In this document: positions 9,353-16,733 of the stretch, piece by piece
Layout: every line of letters begins with the position of its first letter
Numbering within the stretch: the first letter of the stretch is position 1
DNA from: Acidobacteriota bacterium
GTDB lineage: Bacteria > Pseudomonadota > Alphaproteobacteria > Caulobacterales > Hyphomonadaceae
Reading direction: 5' to 3'
Length of the DNA stretch: 32,000 nt
Assembly: GCA_016712445.1 (NCBI GenBank)
Contig: JADJRB010000010.1
Location: 85,778 to 117,777 of the forward strand
Program-made: the position numbers and the translations under genes
Notes under the pieces: generated by a model
Databases searched by the model: none
Told to the model about the DNA's origin: nothing
What the model saw: the letters and a program-made list of their open reading frames with translations, nothing else

Positions 9353-11245
9353 GTGACCCCCAGAGACGCCGCCCGGCGCGCAATGGCGCTCACGCTTTCG
9401 TTCGACCTGGCGATGGCCGGTCTGGCGATGACACTCGCGCATCTGATCATGCTGTTTTCGGATCCGGAGTTGCCGGTCTTTCCCGTCCGCGCCTGGATTC
9501 TTGCCAGCTCCACTTTCATGCTCGCGGCGGCCTGCGGGCTCATCGTGGGCGGCGTGCACCGCCAGGTCTGGCGCCATATCGGCGCGCCGGATGCGATCCG
9601 TCTCATTCAGGGCATCGCGCTCGCGGTCTTCCTTTACTTGCCGGTCATGGTCGCCCTGAATGGCCGCCTGATCGACCCCCTGCCCGTGCTGTTGCTGACC
9701 ACGGCGATCTGGACTGCGGCGGCGTTCGCGGGCCGCATGGTCGCCCGCTATCGCACTACCAATGCGCCCTTCGAAATCTTCCAGCGTCTGCCGCGCGACA
9801 GCCAGCCGGTGCTGCTGGTCGGCAATCCGGACAGCTGGGTGCACGTCCTGCGCCGGCTCGAAACATCGCCGACCGGCGCTACGGTGCGCGTCCTCGGCCT
9901 GATCGAAGTGGACGACAAGGAACCAGGCCGCGCCGTGCGCGGCCTGCCGATCATGGGCAGCCTCGTGAACCTCCACGAGGTGATCGACGTGCTCGCGCTG
10001 CGCTATGGCAGCGCGCCCTGGGTCGCCGTCACCGGTCCGGCCCGCGAACGCGAGACGATGAACCGCATTCTCGAGATCGCCTCCAGCCACGGCGCCAAGA
10101 TCATGGCGCTCGGCCATGACGAGACCGCGCAGACGCTCGAACCCGTTCGCCCCGCCGACCTCCTTGCACGCCCCGAGCGCACGCTGGATCTCGCGCCCGT
10201 GCGCGACCTGATCGCGGGCACCAACGTGCTGATCACCGGCGGCGGCGGCTCCATCGGCTCCGAACTTGCCCGGCAGGTTGCGCGCCAGTCGCCGGCCTCC
10301 CTGTCGATCCTCGATTCCTCCGAACTGAACCTCTACCAGATCGACCACGAGCTGCGTGAACGCCACCCCGACCTTCGCCTCGCCTGCCATCTGGGCGATG
10401 TGCGCGATGCCGGCCGCGTCGCCGGCGTCTTCGCCGAAGCGCAGCCCGGCCTCGTCATCCACGCGGCAGCCCTGAAACATGTGCCGCTGATGGAAGAGAA
10501 CATCTGCGAAGCGATCCTGACGAATGTCAGCGGCGCCGTGAATGTCGCTCGCGCCGCCGCCACGTCCGGCGCCCGCCGGTTCGTGTTCATCTCCACCGAC
10601 AAGGCCGTGCTGCCCGACAACGTCATGGGCGCCACCAAGCGCCTCGCCGAACTCGCCTCCGAACGCATCATCAACGAAGCCGGCATGTCCGGCGCCATGG
10701 TCCGGTTCGGCAACGTGCTCGGCTCATCCGGTTCGGTTGTGCCGCTGTTCGAACGCCAGATCGCCGCCGGCGGCCCGGTCACGCTCACCGACCCGGAAGC
10801 CACGCGCTATTTCATGACCATCGAGGAAGCGACCGCCCTCGTCCTGCAGGCCGCCGCCCTGCAGCGGGAAGACCGGCGCGCGGAACTCTTCGTGCTCGAC
10901 ATGGGCGAGCCCATCGCCATCCGCCAGCTCGCCGAAACCATGATCCGCCTGAAGGGCAAGGTGCCCGACGCCGACATCCAGATCCTCACCACCGGCATGC
11001 GCCGCGGCGAGAAGATGCACGAGGCACTGACCTATGCCCACGAGGCGCTGGAGCCGACGCCGGTCGACGGCGTCAACCGCGTCACCAGCGCCGCCGCGGC
11101 CAGCGAGCTGCTCGACAAGCAATTGACCGTGCTGATCGAGGCTGCCCGCCGGCAGGACGCGTCCGAAGCGCTGCGCCTGCTCGGCGCGCTGGTGCCGGAA
11201 TACGGCGCCGAACGCGGCCCGGACGCGCAGCGCCTCCCGGCCTGA
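9353..11245 (+). CDS. Polysaccharide biosynthesis protein / nucleoside-diphosphate-sugar 4,6-dehydratase, FlaA1/CapD/WbpM-like
   Basis: N-terminal membrane helices, then VLITGGGGSIGSELARQV, HVPLMEENICEAILTNVSG, FVFISTDKAVLPDNVMGATKRLAELA and MGEPIAIRQLAETMIRLKG. GTG start. Confidence 0.9.
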   Translation: MTPRDAARRAMALTLSFDLAMAGLAMTLAHLIMLFSDPELPVFPVRAWILASSTFMLAAACGLIVGGVHRQVWRHIGAPDAIRLIQGIALAVFLYLPVMVALNGRLIDPLPVLLLTTAIWTAAAFAGRMVARYRTTNAPFEIFQRLPRDSQPVLLVGNPDSWVHVLRRLETSPTGATVRVLGLIEVDDKEPGRAVRGLPIMGSLVNLHEVIDVLALRYGSAPWVAVTGPARERETMNRILEIASSHGAKIMALGHDETAQTLEPVRPADLLARPERTLDLAPVRDLIAGTNVLITGGGGSIGSELARQVARQSPASLSILDSSELNLYQIDHELRERHPDLRLACHLGDVRDAGRVAGVFAEAQPGLVIHAAALKHVPLMEENICEAILTNVSGAVNVARAAATSGARRFVFISTDKAVLPDNVMGATKRLAELASERIINEAGMSGAMVRFGNVLGSSGSVVPLFERQIAAGGPVTLTDPEATRYFMTIEEATALVLQAAALQREDRRAELFVLDMGEPIAIRQLAETMIRLKGKVPDADIQILTTGMRRGEKMHEALTYAHEALEPTPVDGVNRVTSAAAASELLDKQLTVLIEAARRQDASEALRLLGALVPEYGAERGPDAQRLPA

Positions 11246-11248
11246 GGC

Positions 11249-11965
11249 TCAGGCCACCACGATCGGCGAAAACGACCCGAAGATCATCCGGCCCATGTCG
11301 GCGCCGACCGTCGCCGGATTGTATTTCTCCATCCGCGGGTCGCCCATCACGGTCTCCCAGGCTTTCTTCTGCACTTCCGCGTTCGGCCAGTTGATCCATG
11401 AAAAGACCACCGTCTCGCCGGGCTTTTCGAGAATTGCCGTGTGGAACGAGTTCACCTTGCCCTGCGGCACATCATCCGCCCACGCATCAACCACCGACGT
11501 TGCGCCGTGCTCGAGGAACAGCTCCGCCATCTGCTTCGAGGCCGCGATATAATCCGCCCGCTTGTCCGCCGGCACCGGCAGCACCATCCCGTCGATGATG
11601 CCGGGCGTCGCCAGCGCATCGCCCAGCACAACATCAAATCCGCCCACAATCATCCGCATCCCGTCGAAGGGCATCCCACCGTCCATCTTCATGTCGGGGT
11701 CTTCCATCATCTTCTTGTTGCCGGCATCGCGCGTCGCGCGGTCAGGCCAGACGATCCATGAAAAGACCACCGACTCGTCGTCCTTCTTCATCACCGCCGA
11801 ATTGAAGCAATTGGTCTTGCCCTTCGGCACCTCGACGCCCCAATTCTCCACGAACCCGATCGCGCCATGCTTCTGGAAAAAAGGCAGCGCATCGGCCGCC
11901 ATCTTGCGGTAGGCCTCCTTGTTGGCGTTGGGGACCGGCAGGATAAATCCATCGATATACGGCAT
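11249..11965 (-). CDS. Tandem DUF1428 domain protein (two fused copies)
   Basis: Both halves align: MPYIDGFILPVPNANKEAYRKMAADALPFFQKHGAIGFVENWGVEVPKG...VVFSWIVWP and GIIDGMVLPVPADKRADYIAASKQMAELFLEHGATSVVDAWADDVPQG...VVFSWINWP. Confidence 0.85.
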   Translation of the reverse strand: MPYIDGFILPVPNANKEAYRKMAADALPFFQKHGAIGFVENWGVEVPKGKTNCFNSAVMKKDDESVVFSWIVWPDRATRDAGNKKMMEDPDMKMDGGMPFDGMRMIVGGFDVVLGDALATPGIIDGMVLPVPADKRADYIAASKQMAELFLEHGATSVVDAWADDVPQGKVNSFHTAILEKPGETVVFSWINWPNAEVQKKAWETVMGDPRMEKYNPATVGADMGRMIFGSFSPIVVA

Positions 11966-11969
11966 GTCT

Positions 11970-12473
11970 TCAGCTCCCTGACATTTGTGCCATGGCCGCG
12001 TCGCGCGCAGCCGCCATTTCATCGGCCGATTTCGGCGGCCAGACCGGCGTCGCCACGGACCACAAGTGCCCGAACGGATCCTTCACGACGCCGTAGCGGT
12101 CGCCCCAGAACTGGTCGGCCACCGGCATCACGACCTCGGCGCCTGCCTTCACAGCCTGCGCCACCACCGCGTCCACATCATCGACCATCAGGTGCAGCGT
12201 CACCGGGGAGCCGCCCAGCGACAGCGGCGAGACCCCGCCCATCTCCGGATACTCGTCGTTCAGCATCACCATCGCCCCGTTCAGGCGCACCGAGGCATGC
12301 ATCAGCCGCCCGTCCGGCCCCGGCAGGCGCATCATCTCCTCGGCGCCGAAAGCCGTCACGTAAAAATCGATTGCCTTGCTGCAATCCCTGCAGGTGAGGT
12401 GCGGCATCAGCAATGCCACGCCCATTTCCGCTGCAATGTCCGCCACCGGCGGCCGCTTGTCCTTGCCCATCAC
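11970..12473 (-). CDS. VOC family protein (glyoxalase/bleomycin-resistance-like)
   Basis: VADIAAEMGVALLMPHLTCRDCSKAIDFYVTAFGAEEMMRLPGPDGRLMHASVRLNGAMVMLNDE...DQFWGDRYGVVKDPFGHLWSVAT, the PhnB-like VOC pattern. Confidence 0.9.
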   Translation of the reverse strand: MMGKDKRPPVADIAAEMGVALLMPHLTCRDCSKAIDFYVTAFGAEEMMRLPGPDGRLMHASVRLNGAMVMLNDEYPEMGGVSPLSLGGSPVTLHLMVDDVDAVVAQAVKAGAEVVMPVADQFWGDRYGVVKDPFGHLWSVATPVWPPKSADEMAAARDAAMAQMSGS

Positions 12474-12489
12474 CTGCTCCTTTTCCAGT

Positions 12490-12699
12490 TCATCCGTTTA
12501 CGGACCGGTAGTGCGCCACCAGCGCATTCGCGTGCCCATGCCCCAGTCCGTGCTCCGCCTTCAGCGCCGAGACGATCTCCATATGCTTGCGCCCGTCCAT
12601 GCCCTTGATGACATTCATCCAGTGGCTGACCGGCTTGCCATAGGTCTTCTCGATCGACGGGAAATATGACGCCGGCCCCTTCACCTTGTCCGCGCTCAT
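12490..12699 (-). CDS. DUF4287 domain-containing protein
   Basis: 69 aa: VKGPASYFPSIEKTYGKPVSHWMNVIKG...HMEIVSALKAEHGLGHGHANALVAHYR. Confidence 0.82.
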   Translation of the reverse strand: MSADKVKGPASYFPSIEKTYGKPVSHWMNVIKGMDGRKHMEIVSALKAEHGLGHGHANALVAHYRSVNG

Positions 12700-13181
12700 G
12701 ACACCGCCGCCTTGTCCTCGAACGCAGCCCGGATTGCCGCAAGATCGATCTTGCGCATCTGCAGCATCGCCGCGCGCGCCCGCCCCGCGGCCGCCTGGTC
12801 AGGATCGGCAAACATCCGCACCATCGGCTCCGGCACGATCTGCCAGGACACGCCATAACGGTCCGCCAGCCAGCCGCACATGCTCTCTTCGCCGCCGCCG
12901 TCCAGCAGCGCGCTCCACAGCCTGTCCGTCTCCGCCTGGTCCTTCGTCAGCACACTGATCGAGGCCGCCGGCGTCAGCTTGTAGTGCGGCCCGGCCGTCA
13001 GGTGCATCATCGGTGCGCCCGCCAGCGTGTATTCAACTACCATCGGGTCAGCGGCATTGCCATGGTCCATGATCCCGTCAATCCGGCTGTCCGGCAGCAG
13101 CGACACGTAATACTTTGCCGCCTCGACGCCGCCCTTGTCGAACCACAGGCAGGTGCGCACCTTCTTCTCAAGCAATCCCAT
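12696..13181 (-). CDS. VOC family protein, 3-demethylubiquinone-9 3-methyltransferase-like (PhnB)
   Basis: VRTCLWFDKGGVEAAKYYVSLLPDSRI...GGGEESMCGWLADRYGVSWQIVPEPM. Overlaps the next gene by 4 bp (ATGA). Confidence 0.88.
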   Translation of the reverse strand: MGLLEKKVRTCLWFDKGGVEAAKYYVSLLPDSRIDGIMDHGNAADPMVVEYTLAGAPMMHLTAGPHYKLTPAASISVLTKDQAETDRLWSALLDGGGEESMCGWLADRYGVSWQIVPEPMVRMFADPDQAAAGRARAAMLQMRKIDLAAIRAAFEDKAAVS

Positions 13182-13191
13182 ACCGGTCTCC

Positions 13192-13854
13192 TCAGGTCGC
13201 CGCGGCCTGCGCGGCCTCAAACGCTTCAAAATGCTTCAGCTGCGCCGCCAGCGCTTTCCTGAACGCAGGCCGTCCAGTGCAACGGACACAGTAAGCCTCA
13301 AGTTCCGGAAAAGCCGCAAGATGCGGCGAGCCCGCAATCTCGCGCAGCACGCACGCCATCATCAGGTCGCCGGCGGAAAATTCGCCCTCCAGATAATCCT
13401 TCGAGCCCAGCCAGTCCGACAGGCGCTGCAGGCGCATCCGCAGGATCTCCGCCGCCTTCGCGCCGAAGCCTTTCGCCCAGGGCTCGGCCGCCCAGAATAT
13501 TTCGGCACTGCGCACATTCATCACGAACGGCTCGACCGAATTCATCGCCGCAAACACCCAGCTCGCCGTGCGCGCCCGCGCGGCCTCACCGGCCGGCATC
13601 AGTGCTTTTGAACGCTCCGCAATCCGCAGCACGATCGCGCCGGATTCGAACATGTCGACCGGCCCGTCGCGATAGGCGGGCACCTGCGCAAACGGCTGAC
13701 GGCGCAGGTGCGCCGGCGCGACCTTCTGGTCATGATCGATGATGTTTTCCGAATAGGCGAGCCCCGCTTCTTCCAGCGCCCAGCGCACGCGCAAGTCGCG
13801 CACGAAGCCCTGCGCGAAATCCGGAACCCAGTTGAATGCCGTCACCTCTGGCAT
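13192..13854 (-). CDS. Glutathione S-transferase family protein
   Basis: VRWALEEAGLAYSENIIDHDQK...AQVPAYRDGPVDMFESGAIVLRIAERS...FSAGDLMMACVLREIAGS, the GST N- and C-terminal domain pattern. Confidence 0.88.
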   Translation of the reverse strand: MPEVTAFNWVPDFAQGFVRDLRVRWALEEAGLAYSENIIDHDQKVAPAHLRRQPFAQVPAYRDGPVDMFESGAIVLRIAERSKALMPAGEAARARTASWVFAAMNSVEPFVMNVRSAEIFWAAEPWAKGFGAKAAEILRMRLQRLSDWLGSKDYLEGEFSAGDLMMACVLREIAGSPHLAAFPELEAYCVRCTGRPAFRKALAAQLKHFEAFEAAQAAAT

Positions 13855-13895
13855 GGCGCTTACCTCTTCCCTTCAAACGTTGCCTGCCTGTTCTC

Positions 13896-13919
13896 GTTGA
13901 CAGATATGTTGATGTCAAC
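13896..13919. promoter_or_regulatory. Inverted repeat in the GST/MarR divergent promoter, candidate MarR operator
   Basis: GTTGACA (13896-13902) and TGTCAAC (13913-13919) are perfect 7-bp arms. Nested GTTGA-TG-TCAAC at 13908-13919. Confidence 0.55.
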
Positions 13920-13932
13920 CTACTTATCGGTC

Positions 13933-14379
13933 ATGCGATCTGATTTGCCGCTCAGCGTCACGCACGAAGTCTACACGCGCTGCCTTTGCCTCAGCGTGCA
14001 CCGCGCCGCGCGCGCCCTCGCCCGCAGGTTCGACGCGGCGCTTGCCCCGTTCGGCATCAGCCACGGGCAGTATTCCCTGCTGATGTCGCTCAACCGGCCG
14101 GACGCGCCGCGCCTTGGCGAGGCGGCGTCCTTCCTGGCGATGGACCGCACGACGCTGACGGCCAACCTGAAGCCGCTCGAAAAGCGCGGCCTCGTGCGGA
14201 TCGTGCCGGATGAAGATGACCGCCGCTCGCGCCGCCTCCATCTCACCGATGCCGGGCGCGATCTCCTGAAACTGGCCGTGCCGGTCTGGCGCGCCACGCA
14301 TGATGAAGTCGACACGCACCTGCCCGCCGGCAGCAAATCCCTGCGCCCCAGCCTCACGCGCATCGCTGCGGCTTACTGA
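13933..14379 (+). CDS. MarR family transcriptional regulator
   Basis: LARRFDAALAPFGISHGQYSLLMSLNRPDAPRLGEAASFLAMDRTTLTANLKPLEKRGLVRIVPDEDDRRSRRLHLTDAGRDLL is a winged-helix MarR. An alternative ATG lies at 13906. Confidence 0.92.
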   Translation: MRSDLPLSVTHEVYTRCLCLSVHRAARALARRFDAALAPFGISHGQYSLLMSLNRPDAPRLGEAASFLAMDRTTLTANLKPLEKRGLVRIVPDEDDRRSRRLHLTDAGRDLLKLAVPVWRATHDEVDTHLPAGSKSLRPSLTRIAAAY

Positions 14380-14515
14380 GCCCTGTGCGCTAGGCGCACT
14401 TACGCAACGGTTTTGCCCCCTGCGGAAAACAAAATAACAAGCCGCACCAAGCGCTTGTAAAATAGTTCGCCAAAACTTACGCCGCCCCTCCGCGCACGGA
14501 GTTATACTCCGTCGC

Positions 14516-14902
14516 ATGTACTCCATCGCCCGCCTCCGTCAGCACCCGCACTTCGCGCCCTTCTTCGCGCATGTGCATCCGTTGTGCTGGCTGATCCTCT
14601 GGTGGGAGCTCAACCGCCTGCTCCGCTGGTTCAACGCCTACGGAATCGGGAACGCGCTCTACTCGGTCAACGAATGGGGCTTCGTCTCCATCCACTATGC
14701 CGTCCCCCAGCCAGACCCGAACGCCTACAACCCCCCACAGCGAACCTTCCGTCCCCTGACGGACCCCGCATGGGAGTCATCCCTTCCGGCTTGCCTGGAC
14801 ATTGAAACGTTGGCTGCCGCCATCCTCCCGCGTTTCGCGGGGAAGGTGTCACCGCAGGTGACGGAGGGGGCTGCAGCCCTCACCCTCCTCGACACTTCCT
14901 AG
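14516..14902 (+). CDS. Hypothetical protein (128 aa); the C-terminus runs through a repeat-like hairpin element
   Basis: Open reading frame with plausible hydrophobic N-terminal part (HPLCWLILWWELNRLLRWFNAYGIGNALYSVNEWGFVSIHYAV). No family recognised. Confidence 0.45.
   Translation: MYSIARLRQHPHFAPFFAHVHPLCWLILWWELNRLLRWFNAYGIGNALYSVNEWGFVSIHYAVPQPDPNAYNPPQRTFRPLTDPAWESSLPACLDIETLAAAILPRFAGKVSPQVTEGAAALTLLDTS
14827..14862. repeat. Double small-hairpin repeat-like element inside the C-terminus of ORF 14516..14902
   Basis: CCCGCG-TTT-CGCGGG (14827-14841) followed by GTCACC-GCA-GGTGAC (14848-14862). Confidence 0.5.
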
Positions 14903-14980
14903 GCTTTCCCCACATCGCGAAGCTCATCCTGAGCGAAGTCGAAGGATAGAGCGGGCTCACCGCCCACCCCAGCACCCCAC

Positions 14981-15060
14981 CCGTGTCATCCCGGCGAACG
15001 CCGGGACCCAGTCCTCGCCCAAGCCCTCGCTGGATCCCGGCTTTCGCCGGGAAGACACGG
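14981..15060. repeat. Long imperfect inverted repeat (REP/BIME-like element), each arm itself palindromic
   Basis: Left arm CCGTGTCATCCCGGCGAACGCCGGGACCCAG (14981-15011) matches the reverse complement of the right arm (15030-15060) at 28 of 31 positions. Each arm contains a TCCCGGC...GCCGGGA hairpin. Confidence 0.85.
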
Positions 15061-15133
15061 AAAATGAAAGCTACAACTTTGCACCGGCCGGCTCACCCCC
15101 GCGTCCGGCCGCACGTGCTTGTCCGCGCAAGCC

Positions 15134-16006
15134 TCAGCCCTTGCGCCCGCCCGCCTTGAAATAATCCAGCGTCCCGCGCGTGATCACCCGGTCGCCGGCG
15201 ACCACATCGCGGGCCTCGAAAACCGGCAGGCCCTTCACGTCGGCGTAGACGGTGCCGAAATCCTTGTAGCAGGCCTCCAGCAGCGCCTCGAAACTGTCGA
15301 TGACGAAATAGGTCTGCTGGAAATCGTCGATGATGTATTTCGTCCGCATCAGACGCTTCAGGTCAAACCCGATCCGGTTGGGGCTTGCGTCTTCCAGCGC
15401 GAACACCGTTTCGTGCGGGCTCGACAGGATGCCCGCGCCATAGATGCGCAAACCGTCCGTCTCCTGAATAAGTCCGAACTCCACCGTGTACCAGTAAAGC
15501 CGCGCGAGGTTGTGCAGCTGGCCAAGGCGCATCGCCCGCTGTCCGCCCTTGCCATAGGCTTCCATGAAATCGGCAAACACCGGGTTCGCCAGCATCGGCA
15601 CATGCCCGAAGATGTCGTGGAAGATGTCCGGTTCCTGCAGGTAATCGAACTCCGCCTCGGGGCGGATGAATGCGCCTGCCGGGAAGCGGCGGTTGGCGAG
15701 ATGGTTGAAGAAGATGTCGTCCGGCACAAGCTCCGCCACCGGCACGATCCGCCAGCCGGTCATCGCTTCCAGCTTGTCCGACAGCCGGCCCATGTGGGGA
15801 ATGCCGGAGGGCGAAAGCTCCAGCGCGCTCATCGCGTCGAGCGCCGCCTGGCAGGCCCGGCCCTTCGTCACCTCGCGCTGGCGGCGGAACAGCCGGTCCC
15901 AGCGATCATGCTCCTCGGGGCTGTAGGTGTCCCAGGCCTGGTCGATGGTGAAATCGGGCGCGCGCGGCGCGCCGTGATAGCGATTCTTTGCAAAGGCCGT
16001 GTCCAT
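15134..16006 (-). CDS. phhA: Phenylalanine-4-hydroxylase
   Basis: FIRPEAEFDYLQEPDIFHDIFGHVPMLANPVFADFMEAYG contains the iron-binding HDxxxH motif. LARLYWYTVEFGLIQETDGLRIYGAGILSSPHET is also characteristic. Confidence 0.96.
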   Translation of the reverse strand: MDTAFAKNRYHGAPRAPDFTIDQAWDTYSPEEHDRWDRLFRRQREVTKGRACQAALDAMSALELSPSGIPHMGRLSDKLEAMTGWRIVPVAELVPDDIFFNHLANRRFPAGAFIRPEAEFDYLQEPDIFHDIFGHVPMLANPVFADFMEAYGKGGQRAMRLGQLHNLARLYWYTVEFGLIQETDGLRIYGAGILSSPHETVFALEDASPNRIGFDLKRLMRTKYIIDDFQQTYFVIDSFEALLEACYKDFGTVYADVKGLPVFEARDVVAGDRVITRGTLDYFKAGGRKG

Positions 16007-16030
16007 GGCGCCAGTATAGGCCGGACCGCC

Positions 16031-16054
16031 AATTAGTTCCAGATGTAACTAATT
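16031..16054. promoter_or_regulatory. Perfect AT-rich inverted repeat upstream of phhA, candidate operator
   Basis: AATTAGTT (16031-16038) and AACTAATT (16047-16054), 8-bp spacer, 25 bp upstream of the phhA start. Confidence 0.55.
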
Positions 16055-16062
16055 TCGGGGCT

Positions 16063-16329
16063 TCAGTTGACCGAACGGGCGTCCACGATCTCGGTCAGCG
16101 TCACGCCCAGTTCACCGTCGGCCACCACCAGCTTGCCGCGCGCGATCAGGCGGCCGGAAACGTAGATATCCACCGGCTCGCCGGTCTCCTTCTGCATCGT
16201 CAGCACATCGCCGGGCGCCAGCGCCATCAGCTCTTCCATCGTCAGGCGCACATCGCCGAGCACGACCTCAACGCGCACCGGCACGTCGAGCAGCATCCGG
16301 TGGAAGGCGGGGTTGGTCTGTTCGGTCAT
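16063..16329 (-). CDS. fliN: Flagellar motor switch protein FliN
   Basis: FHRMLLDVPVRVEVVLGDVRLTMEELMALAPGDVLTMQKETGEPVDIYVSGRLIARGKLVVADGELGVTLTEI is a canonical SpoA/FliN domain. Confidence 0.93.
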   Translation of the reverse strand: MTEQTNPAFHRMLLDVPVRVEVVLGDVRLTMEELMALAPGDVLTMQKETGEPVDIYVSGRLIARGKLVVADGELGVTLTEIVDARSVN

Positions 16330-16733
16330 GTCTGTCCTTCCCTGGACGAAGCGGCCGGGGGAAACAAGTCGCCCTGCCCACTGACGATGCGCGCTGCAGC
16401 CCCATCAATCAGGCTGCGCAGCCGTGTCTCGGTCACCGCATGATACTGCGCTGCGCCGATCAGGCCCATCACCTGCGTGATCTCCTCCAGCGCCTGCGAA
16501 AGTTCCGCGCTCACGGCCGCCAGACGTTCGCTTTCGCTATCGGCCCGGCGCTGTTCAACTTCCGCCAGCGTTTCGGCCCGCACCTGCGTGATCAGCGCGG
16601 CCAGTTCTTCGCCGCTGAAGCTGACGCGCGTGTCGGCTTCGCTGGCCACTTCCTTTGCCGGTTCGGGCTGCGCACCGAAATCGGCGCGAAAGTCGAACGC
16701 GGTCACGGACTTGATGGCGCGCACATTGCTCAT
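16326..16733 (-). CDS. Short FliH/FlbE-like protein (putative)
   Basis: 135 aa located between fliG and fliN, the position of fliH/flbE in Caulobacter. Contains a coiled-coil-like segment (ALITQVRAETLAEVEQRRADSESERLAAVSAELSQALEEI). Overlaps both neighbours by 4 bp. Confidence 0.5.
   Translation of the reverse strand: MSNVRAIKSVTAFDFRADFGAQPEPAKEVASEADTRVSFSGEELAALITQVRAETLAEVEQRRADSESERLAAVSAELSQALEEITQVMGLIGAAQYHAVTETRLRSLIDGAAARIVSGQGDLFPPAASSREGQT

Noticed and set aside
9290-10480. 396-aa - strand ORF antisense to the dehydratase gene
   Set aside because: Shadow ORF; the sense-strand protein has full family signatures.
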